A DNA stretch of 64,000 nt. Origin: Phallusia mammillata (taxonomy: Eukaryota). Below the pieces are notes generated by a model. It saw only the letters and a list, made by a program, of their open reading frames with translations. It was not told the DNA's origin and searched no databases. A program made the position numbers and the translations under genes. The DNA is taken from contig OZ281497.1 of the NCBI GenBank assembly GCA_965637545.1, positions 20,956,001-21,020,000 on the forward strand. Direction: 5' to 3'. Shown here piece by piece: positions 1 through 13,800 of the stretch (within the stretch, counting starts at the first letter, position 1; each line of letters opens with the position of its first letter).

Positions 1-74
1 AAAGTAAGTGACGTTGGCCTGAACAAAATAATAGGTGGAAAACATAAAGACCTTTAACAATGTGCGCTGTTTAG

Positions 75-1215
75 ATCGACTTTGCTAACTCTGCTAACGC
101 TGCAACTTCTACGAAGTTTCTTATCCTCACAACGGATGGTGCTGCAACAGACGCCCACTTATTGCCAACCAGGTTGGTGTTACACTATGACTATACGAGT
201 CGCCTGTATGGTAGGGTTGCCGGATGCCCGGAATTTTCTGGACAAGTCCGGAATTTAGACCTTGTTAAAGCGACCGGATCGCCCCAAAACTTTGTCGATC
301 AGATTTCGCGTGCTTTTTATCTCTGTAACAGTAATGCTATTTTGCCCAAAGTGGGACTGTTTGTAAAAGCATCAAGCCTGTTTGGGTTTGGGGTGGTTAC
401 ATGTAGCAACATGCTGTATAACACATGTTTGGTGTGGACAAAGATGTTTATTGATACCGTCCGAAGGTTTGCTCAGGCAGATATGGTAACCCTCATGCTA
501 TTTATACAGTCGTACTTAAGTTAAATATTTAGAACATATCAATACCACAACTATTGTATTTATTTTGACCAGTTACGGCTTCACCAGTAGCGCCAACATC
601 ACAGTGTACGCTATCGGAATTGGGTCTGAGGTTGTTCAAAGTGAGCTTCAAACCATTGCCAACAACGGCGTCAGCAACGACAGAGTCACAGTGTTGACCG
701 ATTTTTCAACTCTTGGTGAAACCCTAGTAAACATTTCGTCAAGCCTTATACCGGAAGGTAACTAAACTGATATAAAGTACGAAATCAGTTACCTTGTTTC
801 AGTTACAAAGGAAACGCTCCAGCGCGTGGTTTTAACCTTCGTAAACGTTTCTAAAATCAAACCGTTTTACCTCTGGTGTGGTCTACAATTATGACTTTCG
901 GAAAGTTTTTAAAATAGTTAATTGTAACGAAAAGTTAAAAAAAATTACGCATACAATTGCACAGTAGCAATTTTTTTTAATATTAAAGCGTGAAGAAATT
1001 TCACTCTTTCACAAATATGCCAAAAAGGTCTTTATGTTTATTGTGTCTAATGCCCCCCTGCTTTGTTGCTTCGGTACTCTAGGTCAAATTTTTAACTTTG
1101 ATTTTGCAGCACCAACAACGACACAACAAACAACAACAACAACAACGAGTACTACAACACCATCAACAACAATAACAACAATGACCCAAGTCGGTGCGAC
1201 GACTCCAACAGCAAC

Positions 1216-1276
<61 letters not shown>

Positions 1277-4200
1277 ACAGGTTTGTTCAAACTGTAAAAT
1301 GCGATGAAAATTCTAGTTGTTGGACTTCCTTTATTTTATAGCTAATTACGTTTTTTAAATTCTAAAAAAAGTAACAAAAAACTACAGATCAGTCGAATGG
1401 TTTTTATTTTGGGTGGCAGGTGCTGGAACAACGTTGCGACCAAGTTCGTTTCTAATCTTATTGGTCTGTGCTGTTTTGCTTTTTTAACTAGATACTATTG
1501 ACGATCTTTATTTCATTATTGCACCATTTACCAATTTTGTTATAGTTTTATAGTTTATATATTCCGATTTCCACAAAGTTCAGTTTGTAGACTTTTTGCT
1601 TGTGCTTATGTAGTATAACTACACGTATTTACGCTCTCCTGGATCTGTTCAAAAACCAATGCTTACAGCTATGACTGCCGCATATACTGCGCTTTGTTGA
1701 AATAACCCGTTCATCGATCTAAGTGTACAGAAGTGTGACTGAAAAACACTCTATAACGTGCACTGGAAATGCTTTTCGATTTTTGTTGGACTTTGTGGTG
1801 GTATAAATTGGTGAACGTAGTTGCGAAACACACCGCTAGATCTTGGGAAGATAATGGCGAAACAGCAACCCTCGTGTCTAGCACCACATGTATAGGTGCC
1901 GATACCTGCAGGAAAATTGAGCTACGGTATTTGTTACTGCGTTTTTTTAAAACATGTGTATTGAAGTTACCGTACCAATTGGGAAAGATTGGCCCCCGGA
2001 AAATTTTATTTCGTGTTGTTTGACGAATATTTAAAACAGGCAATTTCTAACATCTTATAACCAGATGTTGGGCGTCTGTTGAAAACGTACGACTTTCCTA
2101 TTTTTCATAAAAAGCATTTAATATTCTATACTACATTATCTTATGTTTTACACTTCGAAACCCATGGCATGGTCAACTGTCACATGCGTGCCGTATGTTA
2201 CCTTTTGAACGATCTTTGATCGCAATGAAATTTTGCTTTAGTTGCGACATTACTAAATTTGTATTGCAGCTGTACACTTCCATATACGGAGACCACGTTG
2301 GTCAGACAAAATAATAAATTAAGGGCTTGTTTGCTATTGTTAGTCAAAACGTATTTGTTGACTTAATGATTGTTTTTCTAGTTGTGTGGCAATGTTTTTA
2401 TATCTCATTTATTTTACGCTCCACTGCGTATTAATGATTGCGCAACTTCGTGATTGCGCAGCTATTAAATCAATTTATTTTCATTTTTGTCCACAAAATA
2501 ACACAGCAGTTTTTATTTACCTGCTAAAAGATTAGAGGCCAATCTTTTGTTATCGCGCGGTGATTTTGTTGCATTGTGACGTGCTTGTGTTCCATTCTTT
2601 TTACCTTTGTTTATGCACTGTACTAGTCGCATTCAGTGTTATTTACCCTGATGAAGACGACCTGTATAGGACGTCGAAACGTCGGAATAAAATTACATTT
2701 GCCAGAAGAGCTCTTTAAACTTGATACTATGCCTGGCAGCAATAGCTTATAAACCATCCCTTTTGTCGGGATTTAGGAGTTACATTTAGGTAGGCGAGCA
2801 ATATTTTGACAACATATTGTATTGCAAAATTTCAGCTCAACCTATCGACATTGTGTTTCTGGTGGACAGCACTTCATCAATAACAAATGCTCAGTTTGAA
2901 ACGTACAGGAATGCTTTTCTGACATTAGCTGATAGTCTTGGAACGGGGTTTGCCTCAAACCTTCTGCAAGTAGCTATTCTTCAGTACGGAAACAACAACA
3001 TTTTGGGGTAAATAGATTTTATGCATATAAAAATGATTTCTATGGACAGTGATAAATTCCTTGTATTTGAAATTATATACCTAAAAAAACAAATTTGCAG
3101 CCAAACAATTTCATGCATATCTCATTGACAGCCTTGACTACAACGACAACAGCTTTTACCAGAATCCTACCACTCTTGGAAATTGCACCACAGTCCAATG
3201 CTTCAGGAATGCTGTGACTACTAATATGCCCCATCTTCTGGCAGGAAACACCTTTACTGCAACCGCCATCGAGAGAGCTGTAAAAGTAAGTGACGTTGGC
3301 CTGAACAAAATAATAGGTGGAAAACATAAAGACCTTTAACAATGTGCGCTGTTTAGATCGACTTTGCTAACTCTGCTAACGCTGCAACTTCTACGAAGTT
3401 TCTTATCCTCACAACGGATGGTGCTGCAACAGACGCCCACTTATTGCCAACCAGGTTGGTGTTACACTATGACTATACGAGTCGCCTGTATGGTAGGGTT
3501 GCCGGATGCCCGGAATTTTCTGGACAAGTCCGGAATTTAGACCTTGTTAAAGCGACCGGATCGCCCCAAAACTTTGTCGATCAGATTTCGCGTGCTTTTT
3601 ATCTCTGTAACAGTAATGCTATTTTGCCCAAAGTGGGACTGTTTGTAAAAGCATCAAGCCTGTTTGGGTTTGGGGTGGTTACATGTAGCAACATGCTGTA
3701 TAACACATGTTTGGTGTGGACAAAGATGTTTATTGATACCGTCCGAAGGTTTGCTCAGGCAGATATGGTAACCCTCATGCTATTTATACAGTCGTACTTA
3801 AGTTAAATATTTAGAACATATCAATACCACAACTATTGTATTTATTTTGACCAGTTACGGCTTCACCAGTAGCGCCAACATCACAGTGTACGCTATCGGA
3901 ATTGGGTCTGAGGTTGTTCAAAGTGAGCTTCAAACCATTGCCAACAACGGCGTCAGCAACGACAGAGTCACAGTGTTGACCGATTTTTCAACTCTTGGTG
4001 AAACCCTAGTAAACATTTCGTCAAGCCTTATACCGGAAGGTAACTAAACTGATATAAAGTACGAAATCAGTTACCTTGTTTCAGTTACAAAGGAAACGCT
4101 CCAGCGCGTGGTTTTAACCTTCGTAAACGTTTCTAAAATCAAACCGTTTTACCTCTGGTGTGGTCTACAATTATGACTTTCGGAAAGTTTTTAAAATAGT

Positions 4201-4497
4201 TAATTGTAACGAAAAGTTAAAAAAAATTACGCATACAATTGCACAGTAGCAATTTTTTTTAATATTAAAGCGTGAAGAAATTTCACTCTTTCACAAATAT
4301 GCCAAAAAGGTCTTTATGTTTATTGTGTCTAATGCCCCCCTGCTTTGTTGCTTCGGTACTCTAGGTCAAATTTTTAACTTTGATTTTGCAGCACCAACAA
4401 CGACACAACAAACAACAACAACAACAACGAGTACTACAACACCATCAACAACAATAACAACAATGACCCAAGTCGGTGCGACGACTCCAACAGCAAC

Positions 4498-4540
<43 letters not shown>

Positions 4541-7500
4541 ACAGGTTTGTTCAAACTGTAAAATGCGATGAAAATTCTAGTTGTTGGACTTCCTTTATTT
4601 TATAGCTAATTACGTTTTTTAAATTCTAAAAAAAGTAACAAAAAACTACAGATCAGTCGAATGGTTTTTATTTTGGGTGGCAGGTGCTGGAACAACGTTG
4701 CGACCAAGTTCGTTTCTAATCTTATTGGTCTGTGCTGTTTTGCTTTTTTAACTAGATACTATTGACGATCTTTATTTCATTATTGCACCATTTACCAATT
4801 TTGTTATAGTTTTATAGTTTATATATTCCGATTTCCACAAAGTTCAGTTTGTAGACTTTTTGCTTGTGCTTATGTAGTATAACTACACGTATTTACGCTC
4901 TCCTGGATCTGTTCAAAAACCAATGCTTACAGCTATGACTGCCGCATATACTGCGCTTTGTTGAAATAACCCGTTCATCGATCTAAGTGTACAGAAGTGT
5001 GACTGAAAAACACTCTATAACGTGCACTGGAAATGCTTTTCGATTTTTGTTGGACTTTGTGGTGGTATAAATTGGTGAACGTAGTTGCGAAACACACCGC
5101 TAGATCTTGGGAAGATAATGGCGAAACAGCAACCCTCGTGTCTAGCACCACATGTATAGGTGCCGATACCTGCAGGAAAATTGAGCTACGGTATTTGTTA
5201 CTGCGTTTTTTTAAAACATGTGTATTGAAGTTACCGTACCAATTGGGAAAGATTGGCCCCCGGAAAATTTTATTTCGTGTTGTTTGACGAATATTTAAAA
5301 CAGGCAATTTCTAACATCTTATAACCAGATGTTGGGCGTCTGTTGAAAACGTACGACTTTCCTATTTTTCATAAAAAGCATTTAATATTCTATACTACAT
5401 TATCTTATGTTTTACACTTCGAAACCCATGGCATGGTCAACTGTCACATGCGTGCCGTATGTTACCTTTTGAACGATCTTTGATCGCAATGAAATTTTGC
5501 TTTAGTTGCGACATTACTAAATTTGTATTGCAGCTGTACACTTCCATATACGGAGACCACGTTGGTCAGACAAAATAATAAATTAAGGGCTTGTTTGCTA
5601 TTGTTAGTCAAAACGTATTTGTTGACTTAATGATTGTTTTTCTAGTTGTGTGGCAATGTTTTTATATCTCATTTATTTTACGCTCCACTGCGTATTAATG
5701 ATTGCGCAACTTCGTGATTGCGCAGCTATTAAATCAATTTATTTTCATTTTTGTCCACAAAATAACACAGCAGTTTTTATTTACCTGCTAAAAGATTAGA
5801 GGCCAATCTTTTGTTATCGCGCGGTGATTTTGTTGCATTGTGACGTGCTTGTGTTCCATTCTTTTTACCTTTGTTTATGCACTGTACTAGTCGCATTCAG
5901 TGTTATTTACCCTGATGAAGACGACCTGTATAGGACGTCGAAACGTCGGAATAAAATTACATTTGCCAGAAGAGCTCTTTAAACTTGATACTATGCCTGG
6001 CAGCAATAGCTTATAAACCATCCCTTTTGTCGGGATTTAGGAGTTACATTTAGGTAGGCGAGCAATATTTTGACAACATATTGTATTGCAAAATTTCAGC
6101 TCAACCTATCGACATTGTGTTTCTGGTGGACAGCACTTCATCAATAACAAATGCTCAGTTTGAAACGTACAGGAATGCTTTTCTGACATTAGCTGATAGT
6201 CTTGGAACGGGGTTTGCCTCAAACCTTCTGCAAGTAGCTATTCTTCAGTACGGAAACAACAACATTTTGGGGTAAATAGATTTTATGCATATAAAAATGA
6301 TTTCTATGGACAGTGATAAATTCCTTGTATTTGAAATTATATACCTAAAAAAACAAATTTGCAGCCAAACAATTTCATGCATATCTCATTGACAGCCTTG
6401 ACTACAACGACAACAGCTTTTACCAGAATCCTACCACTCTTGGAAATTGCACCACAGTCCAATGCTTCAGGAATGCTGTGACTACTAATATGCCCCATCT
6501 TCTGGCAGGAAACACCTTTACTGCAACCGCCATCGAGAGAGCTGTAAAAGTAAGTGACGTTGGCCTGAACAAAATAATAGGTGGAAAACATAAAGACCTT
6601 TAACAATGTGCGCTGTTTAGATCGACTTTGCTAACTCTGCTAACGCTGCAACTTCTACGAAGTTTCTTATCCTCACAACGGATGGTGCTGCAACAGACGC
6701 CCACTTATTGCCAACCAGGTTGGTGTTACACTATGACTATACGAGTCGCCTGTATGGTAGGGTTGCCGGATGCCCGGAATTTTCTGGACAAGTCCGGAAT
6801 TTAGACCTTGTTAAAGCGACCGGATCGCCCCAAAACTTTGTCGATCAGATTTCGCGTGCTTTTTATCTCTGTAACAGTAATGCTATTTTGCCCAAAGTGG
6901 GACTGTTTGTAAAAGCATCAAGCCTGTTTGGGTTTGGGGTGGTTACATGTAGCAACATGCTGTATAACACATGTTTGGTGTGGACAAAGATGTTTATTGA
7001 TACCGTCCGAAGGTTTGCTCAGGCAGATATGGTAACCCTCATGCTATTTATACAGTCGTACTTAAGTTAAATATTTAGAACATATCAATACCACAACTAT
7101 TGTATTTATTTTGACCAGTTACGGCTTCACCAGTAGCGCCAACATCACAGTGTACGCTATCGGAATTGGGTCTGAGGTTGTTCAAAGTGAGCTTCAAACC
7201 ATTGCCAACAACGGCGTCAGCAACGACAGAGTCACAGTGTTGACCGATTTTTCAACTCTTGGTGAAACCCTAGTAAACATTTCGTCAAGCCTTATACCGG
7301 AAGGTAACTAAACTGATATAAAGTACGAAATCAGTTACCTTGTTTCAGTTACAAAGGAAACGCTCCAGCGCGTGGTTTTAACCTTCGTAAACGTTTCTAA
7401 AATCAAACCGTTTTACCTCTGGTGTGGTCTACAATTATGACTTTCGGAAAGTTTTTAAAATAGTTAATTGTAACGAAAAGTTAAAAAAAATTACGCATAC

Positions 7501-7761
7501 AATTGCACAGTAGCAATTTTTTTTAATATTAAAGCGTGAAGAAATTTCACTCTTTCACAAATATGCCAAAAAGGTCTTTATGTTTATTGTGTCTAATGCC
7601 CCCCTGCTTTGTTGCTTCGGTACTCTAGGTCAAATTTTTAACTTTGATTTTGCAGCACCAACAACGACACAACAAACAACAACAACAACAACGAGTACTA
7701 CAACACCATCAACAACAATAACAACAATGACCCAAGTCGGTGCGACGACTCCAACAGCAAC

Positions 7762-7804
<43 letters not shown>

Positions 7805-10800
7805 ACAGGTTTGTTCAAACTGTAAAATGCGATGAAAATTCTAGTTGTTGGACTTCCTTTATTTTATAGCTAATTACGTTTTTTAAATTCTAAAAAAAGT
7901 AACAAAAAACTACAGATCAGTCGAATGGTTTTTATTTTGGGTGGCAGGTGCTGGAACAACGTTGCGACCAAGTTCGTTTCTAATCTTATTGGTCTGTGCT
8001 GTTTTGCTTTTTTAACTAGATACTATTGACGATCTTTATTTCATTATTGCACCATTTACCAATTTTGTTATAGTTTTATAGTTTATATATTCCGATTTCC
8101 ACAAAGTTCAGTTTGTAGACTTTTTGCTTGTGCTTATGTAGTATAACTACACGTATTTACGCTCTCCTGGATCTGTTCAAAAACCAATGCTTACAGCTAT
8201 GACTGCCGCATATACTGCGCTTTGTTGAAATAACCCGTTCATCGATCTAAGTGTACAGAAGTGTGACTGAAAAACACTCTATAACGTGCACTGGAAATGC
8301 TTTTCGATTTTTGTTGGACTTTGTGGTGGTATAAATTGGTGAACGTAGTTGCGAAACACACCGCTAGATCTTGGGAAGATAATGGCGAAACAGCAACCCT
8401 CGTGTCTAGCACCACATGTATAGGTGCCGATACCTGCAGGAAAATTGAGCTACGGTATTTGTTACTGCGTTTTTTTAAAACATGTGTATTGAAGTTACCG
8501 TACCAATTGGGAAAGATTGGCCCCCGGAAAATTTTATTTCGTGTTGTTTGACGAATATTTAAAACAGGCAATTTCTAACATCTTATAACCAGATGTTGGG
8601 CGTCTGTTGAAAACGTACGACTTTCCTATTTTTCATAAAAAGCATTTAATATTCTATACTACATTATCTTATGTTTTACACTTCGAAACCCATGGCATGG
8701 TCAACTGTCACATGCGTGCCGTATGTTACCTTTTGAACGATCTTTGATCGCAATGAAATTTTGCTTTAGTTGCGACATTACTAAATTTGTATTGCAGCTG
8801 TACACTTCCATATACGGAGACCACGTTGGTCAGACAAAATAATAAATTAAGGGCTTGTTTGCTATTGTTAGTCAAAACGTATTTGTTGACTTAATGATTG
8901 TTTTTCTAGTTGTGTGGCAATGTTTTTATATCTCATTTATTTTACGCTCCACTGCGTATTAATGATTGCGCAACTTCGTGATTGCGCAGCTATTAAATCA
9001 ATTTATTTTCATTTTTGTCCACAAAATAACACAGCAGTTTTTATTTGCTGTATATACAGGGATTAACAGCAATCTACAATTTTCATCTCCCAGTCAAGCA
9101 CAAAAACATAGATAATTTGCAATTGCAACTTAAATTTTTGTTTGAATACATAAAAATGAAGTTTTAAAAAGCAACACCTCGCTTTTGAAGGGTAAATCTT
9201 TGCTCTGCCTTATGACTTTATGGGACCGTCTTTCGTCAGTAGACTATGGTGGATATTCTGCGAAGGATTAGGCAAACAATGGGACAATAATGGTTCCAAA
9301 ATTTTCGAAGTGAAAAGCGTATTTTCGGCCTTTGTGTTGTCATTATAACCATGCGGCGACTGGATTTAATTCGAGGAATTGAACTAAATGTGCCAGGTTA
9401 ATACTTGAGTTCTTTGTGTTGATGTTGAAATTCCAGGAAAAGTCAAGGCTCATCCTTTTGGAATCACTCAAGCCCGAACATCAGCCTTTGACTATGATTC
9501 CCATTGTTGATTTTGTGAAGCCACGCAAAGATGCGAAACCGTTTAATCGTCGTGATGAAAGTTAATCTTTGGCATTATAAGCTTGAGTTACGTTCAATGC
9601 CTGACAAAACGGTTTTACCAAAAGCAATAGACCCAGTTTATAATGCTATCAATCCTTCTATTGTTTTATTGACACACAGTTAGACACATATTTACAAAGA
9701 CAATGGAAAAGTCTGTGGATTTTACGATTGATTAGTCGAAGTACTGGACGAAATTATGTCAGAACAATGTTTTCTCTAAGCTTTTCTGTTTGTATAACCC
9801 AGAGTTGTAAACGGGCCTGAAATTTGAGGCAAAACCCGACCCGAACCTCCATTTTTTTGTTCATTTATAAGAAGCCCGTTTAAGCCCTAAAGTTCGATTG
9901 ACAAGTCTATACAATTGCAGCGAGGAAAAACCAAGACAACAAACACAATAGACAATTCGTGTTGAAAAGGCGTTTTGGGGATTTTGGCATTAGGTCAGAT
10001 CCAGCAACTGTAACTACTTAGCTGGTTAAATTTATTCAAAAAAATACTGAACCAGAGTGTAAAGTCAGGCCCGAATTTAGGCTGTTTTTTTAGGAAAGCT
10101 GAACCCGAACCCGGCTCCAAAAGCGGCCAACTGATACAAATCATCCGACGTTTTGACGTTTTATGAGGCGTCTTTCCCAGGAAATATGCCTGACAACAAC
10201 ACTCTATTCATTAGGTTTTTCTTGTCTCTTCAAACATAAAATGCAGACGACTGATAGACACAAACAATTTGACGGAAATGTCAATTGGTCGTATTGTGCC
10301 ACAACTTTCCGCTATATGTGGCGTAGCCAATGATGCATATCTCCACGGATGCTTTCATGGTATTCAACGTTTCTATTAATAACCGTATATATTCGCCTTG
10401 GAAAAGTATGTTAAGGTATACAAGGGCAATGCCATAATACTACATTGCAGGACTTTGTAACGAACGAATGTGCCCTTCGTTATTTTTAAATTCGTTTCCC
10501 TGTCAACACACAATTTATAGGAAGTAAACAACCTTGAATAATGGGTTTGAGGCAAATCCTTTGAGTTATTTTTGAAAACATGTTTTATTTTTTATGCAAC
10601 TAAAAATTAGTTACGGCTTAATGGCACAGTTGTGGTAAACAGAGCCCCACCCCAACACTCGTCGCTATCATTTGCATCTCTTTGGAGATTCTGACATTCT
10701 AACCCATTCTATTTTTGTGGCCGTTGTCTTGCTTGACTGCAAACGCGTTCGAGAAATTTACCCTGCAAACCCAATGTCTCGTAGTGTTTGTTTCGCGGTC

Positions 10801-13800
10801 GAATGCAATCGACCTTTCGGTAAAATGCGGCGTTGTGCATTTTCGCACCAATCGTATAAGGTTATGATGTGTTTCCGTTATATATTTTTTAGTTTAAGAG
10901 ACTAAGTGTTTTCAAGCATAGTTGTTTTAGTTGATAGATTGCTTTTAAATACTTTGTTTAGAACACTTGTTCTTTAACATTCTTGTAGGTCTGCTCGTAT
11001 TTTTGACGCAATTACATTTTCAATTTGTTTTACCACATTGAAAGCGAAAAAATAGTCGTGTGGTTGTTAAAACAATCGATTTTACTAAATCTTTTAAATT
11101 CGAAATCCTAGTGTTGAGAAACATTATTCAGAGACAAAAATGGACAGAACCATAGGACTAGACCCAAAATGTAAACACCTAAATTTTTGTCGATGCAAGT
11201 ATTGCAAAAAACTCAACTTTTAACGACCAAATTTAACGAAGTACAAGCCACAAGCATTGACCTGAACGCTATGTATTGTTGGGCCAAACAAAAGGAAGTG
11301 CCATTTGAGGGAGCTTATACGTCGCATATATGATGAGTAACATTAAAATTTTGAGATTCAACTCTTTAGTTTAGTTCCACCCTTTTTATTTTGATTCACT
11401 ATTTTACAAGCCACCTGCAAGTTTGGTATTCTTGAATGGTTGATTGCACAGACGAGCCGGCCCACAATAGTCTGAAATCTGAGCAGTAACTCAATTATCA
11501 TGAAAGAAAATATGTAGACGAGTGCGTCACGCGATCACTGACGTCAGTGGTGGGTTGAGTACCGCTCGATCTCGACTGCACTGCCTAAAAGAGATTGACC
11601 TTACTTGCTGCCTAAAAGAGATTGATGACAAATGGAACCCGTAAAACAGTATGCTTTTGCGAATCGTTTTTAAAACTTATTATTTGGCAAGCGAAACATG
11701 CTGATGTTTTTGAAAAACTAAATGGCTTCACAATCCTTAAACCTCGCTAAATGGCTTCACAATCCTTAAACGTGTATGAATATAGTTTACAATGTAGTTA
11801 AGTACAGTTTTTATTCTTGTTTTCCTTGAGTTAGCAATTATCACATCTATAGGCAAATAATGCAAGTGTGTACAAATAGAAAAAAAAACTTGTCACCGTT
11901 TTAAACATACATACCAAATGATCATTAAACCTATATAATTTGCTTACAAAAATATTTGTAACTCATCGCCCTTTTCATGGATTTTGCAACTGCCTGAAAC
12001 TTGGCCTGATTAGGTCAAGTTTAACCACATTATTACATGTCAAAATTCTGTCAAATTTTCTGAAGGCGTTTAACTTGTACGCACCAAATCGTGTCCGCGA
12101 GAGATTTTATTGTTAGACTACATCACTACGATTTCCCGTCCGTTGTAAAATCGTCGTTTGTATACACAACACGTTCGTATCGATTTCAGCTTTGTGAGCA
12201 TTAAAAACATTTTAAAACAACACTCATTTTATCGAAGGTGGTTGGAGAGAAAGCAATATAAGGTAGTGGAAAGGCAGCGAAAAACGGACCGCAAATGTTA
12301 TACTTGACTTTTTCATTAGAGAAATTGAACAGATCAACTTATCAACCTATATATATGTGAAAATGTTTATGTCACATTAAACAGTATGAGTTTAGTAGGT
12401 GCCTGCCAAGCAATGAGGTATACTGTAAAACACTCGTAAATTTTACTGGTCATGATACGTTTAAATTTTATGAAAGACATGTAAAAAATAATAACAAGGG
12501 AATGCACATATATACTTGCGCATAAAATAAAAAGGTGACAAAAAAGTTTTTCACAGTAAATATTTTAACTGTGATATTATTCTCGCAAAATGCTATTTCA
12601 TCACAAGTGCGTCATCGTGTAAACTTTAACGTATGGAACCACGGGAATTTCCTGGTACGTTTAGGGTTCACTGAGTCAAGGTAAAAAACATTTGACAAAC
12701 TGACTCACGTTGCGCACCAATTCCTTTGTCTACGTACTTGGGGCTGTGACATTTACACCCAATCTATTTTCGCCCCGTTTTCTCGCTTGACTAAGGGTGC
12801 GTTTTCTTTCAACATCTGTGTGTTTTTAAGCTCATAGGGCAGCGATTGTGACCACGGGAGGTCATGTTCTAACTACTGCCTCTTACCGATGTTTAGGCTT
12901 ATTGTGTTTATTTCAGTTACAGGTTGTCTTGATTTAAATGAACTAATAAACAAATATGTCAAGGATTTTGTTGTGGATTGTTTCGACTTTGGTAGTTTTT
13001 CATGCCTCTTATGCCTCAGGTAAGGCGCTGTTAAAAGTAGGTGGCATAAACAGACTGTGCATCTCTGTGTTTGGTTGCGGCACAGTTTTTGCAAATTAAA
13101 CATAAGCATTCGCTTCTGATAAAACTTTTTAACGGTTTGTTTCCAACTTGTTTGGATAACACAGCCGCTCGTAATCGGTTATCAATTCCACATGAAAGCA
13201 TAGCCATTAAATTGATCTTGTGCATCACCAAGCGTAAGCGCGTACCAAAATTAATAAAAAATAACTGCACCAACTTCCTTATAGGTCCTTATAGGTTAAC
13301 TTTTTTAGTGGTAATTGCAAGTTATAAACCAACAACACATTTATTTTGATGTAGTTTACTGCTTTATCTTCATTTTGAAATTAACTCAAGCAGATATAAG
13401 TTATATATAGAAAATGTTTCGTATCCCACCATTTTCTTATCTCGCGTAAAGACTGTTGCTTTCCACGCGGCGGGTTTTCAAGTTTAGGTGTTACCTGCGT
13501 AACATCTTAAACGCTGCCACGAAATTTAAGTGTAACGTACTGTAGCGAAGGTGCAAATAATGACTTAAGCTACGTCTTCATCGACAGGTAATATAGTAAT
13601 ACATCTGAGAAATAATAATATGGCATTATTTTTATTCATTTTTTAACGTATAACAGCCGATCTACAGCCTCGTTTCCATTTTTAATCATAAACTTGATCA
13701 AAACCTTTGATACGTTTCCATAAAAACGCTATTCCAGCAATTTGGTAACATTTACACAAAATATGTAAAAGAATTAGTGCGGAGACAAGTAAAGTATGTG

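Larger units (their letters stand above)
1..9046 (+). repeat. Tandem array of ~3.26-kb units (two complete, 2519-5782 and 5783-9046, plus the 3' part of a third)
   Basis: The sequence at position 1 recurs at 3283 and 6547. ORF-track translations repeat identically with offsets 3282 and 3264. Similarity stops abruptly after 9046 (gcagtttttattt|acctgc versus |gctgta). Confidence 0.97.

Noticed and set aside
162-524. 120-aa ORF (and copies at 3444 and 6708)
   Set aside because: Starts at a non-ATG codon at the end of a VWA exon and runs through the intron (GT at 173); its repetition reflects the tandem array only.
1084-1290. Val/Ala-rich minus-strand ORFs (also 4366, 7630) resembling membrane peptides
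   Set aside because: Antisense reading of the ACA/GCAACA Thr-Ala repeat.
1711-2043. Overlapping 110-aa and 84-aa ORFs repeated three times
   Set aside because: Intronic, no recognisable motifs or splice context; recurrence is due to the array.
3101-3131. Apparent acceptor tttgcag at 3100 for the second VWA exon
   Set aside because: With the phase-2 donor at 3008 it gives a stop within 10 codons; the acceptor at 3131 keeps the frame.
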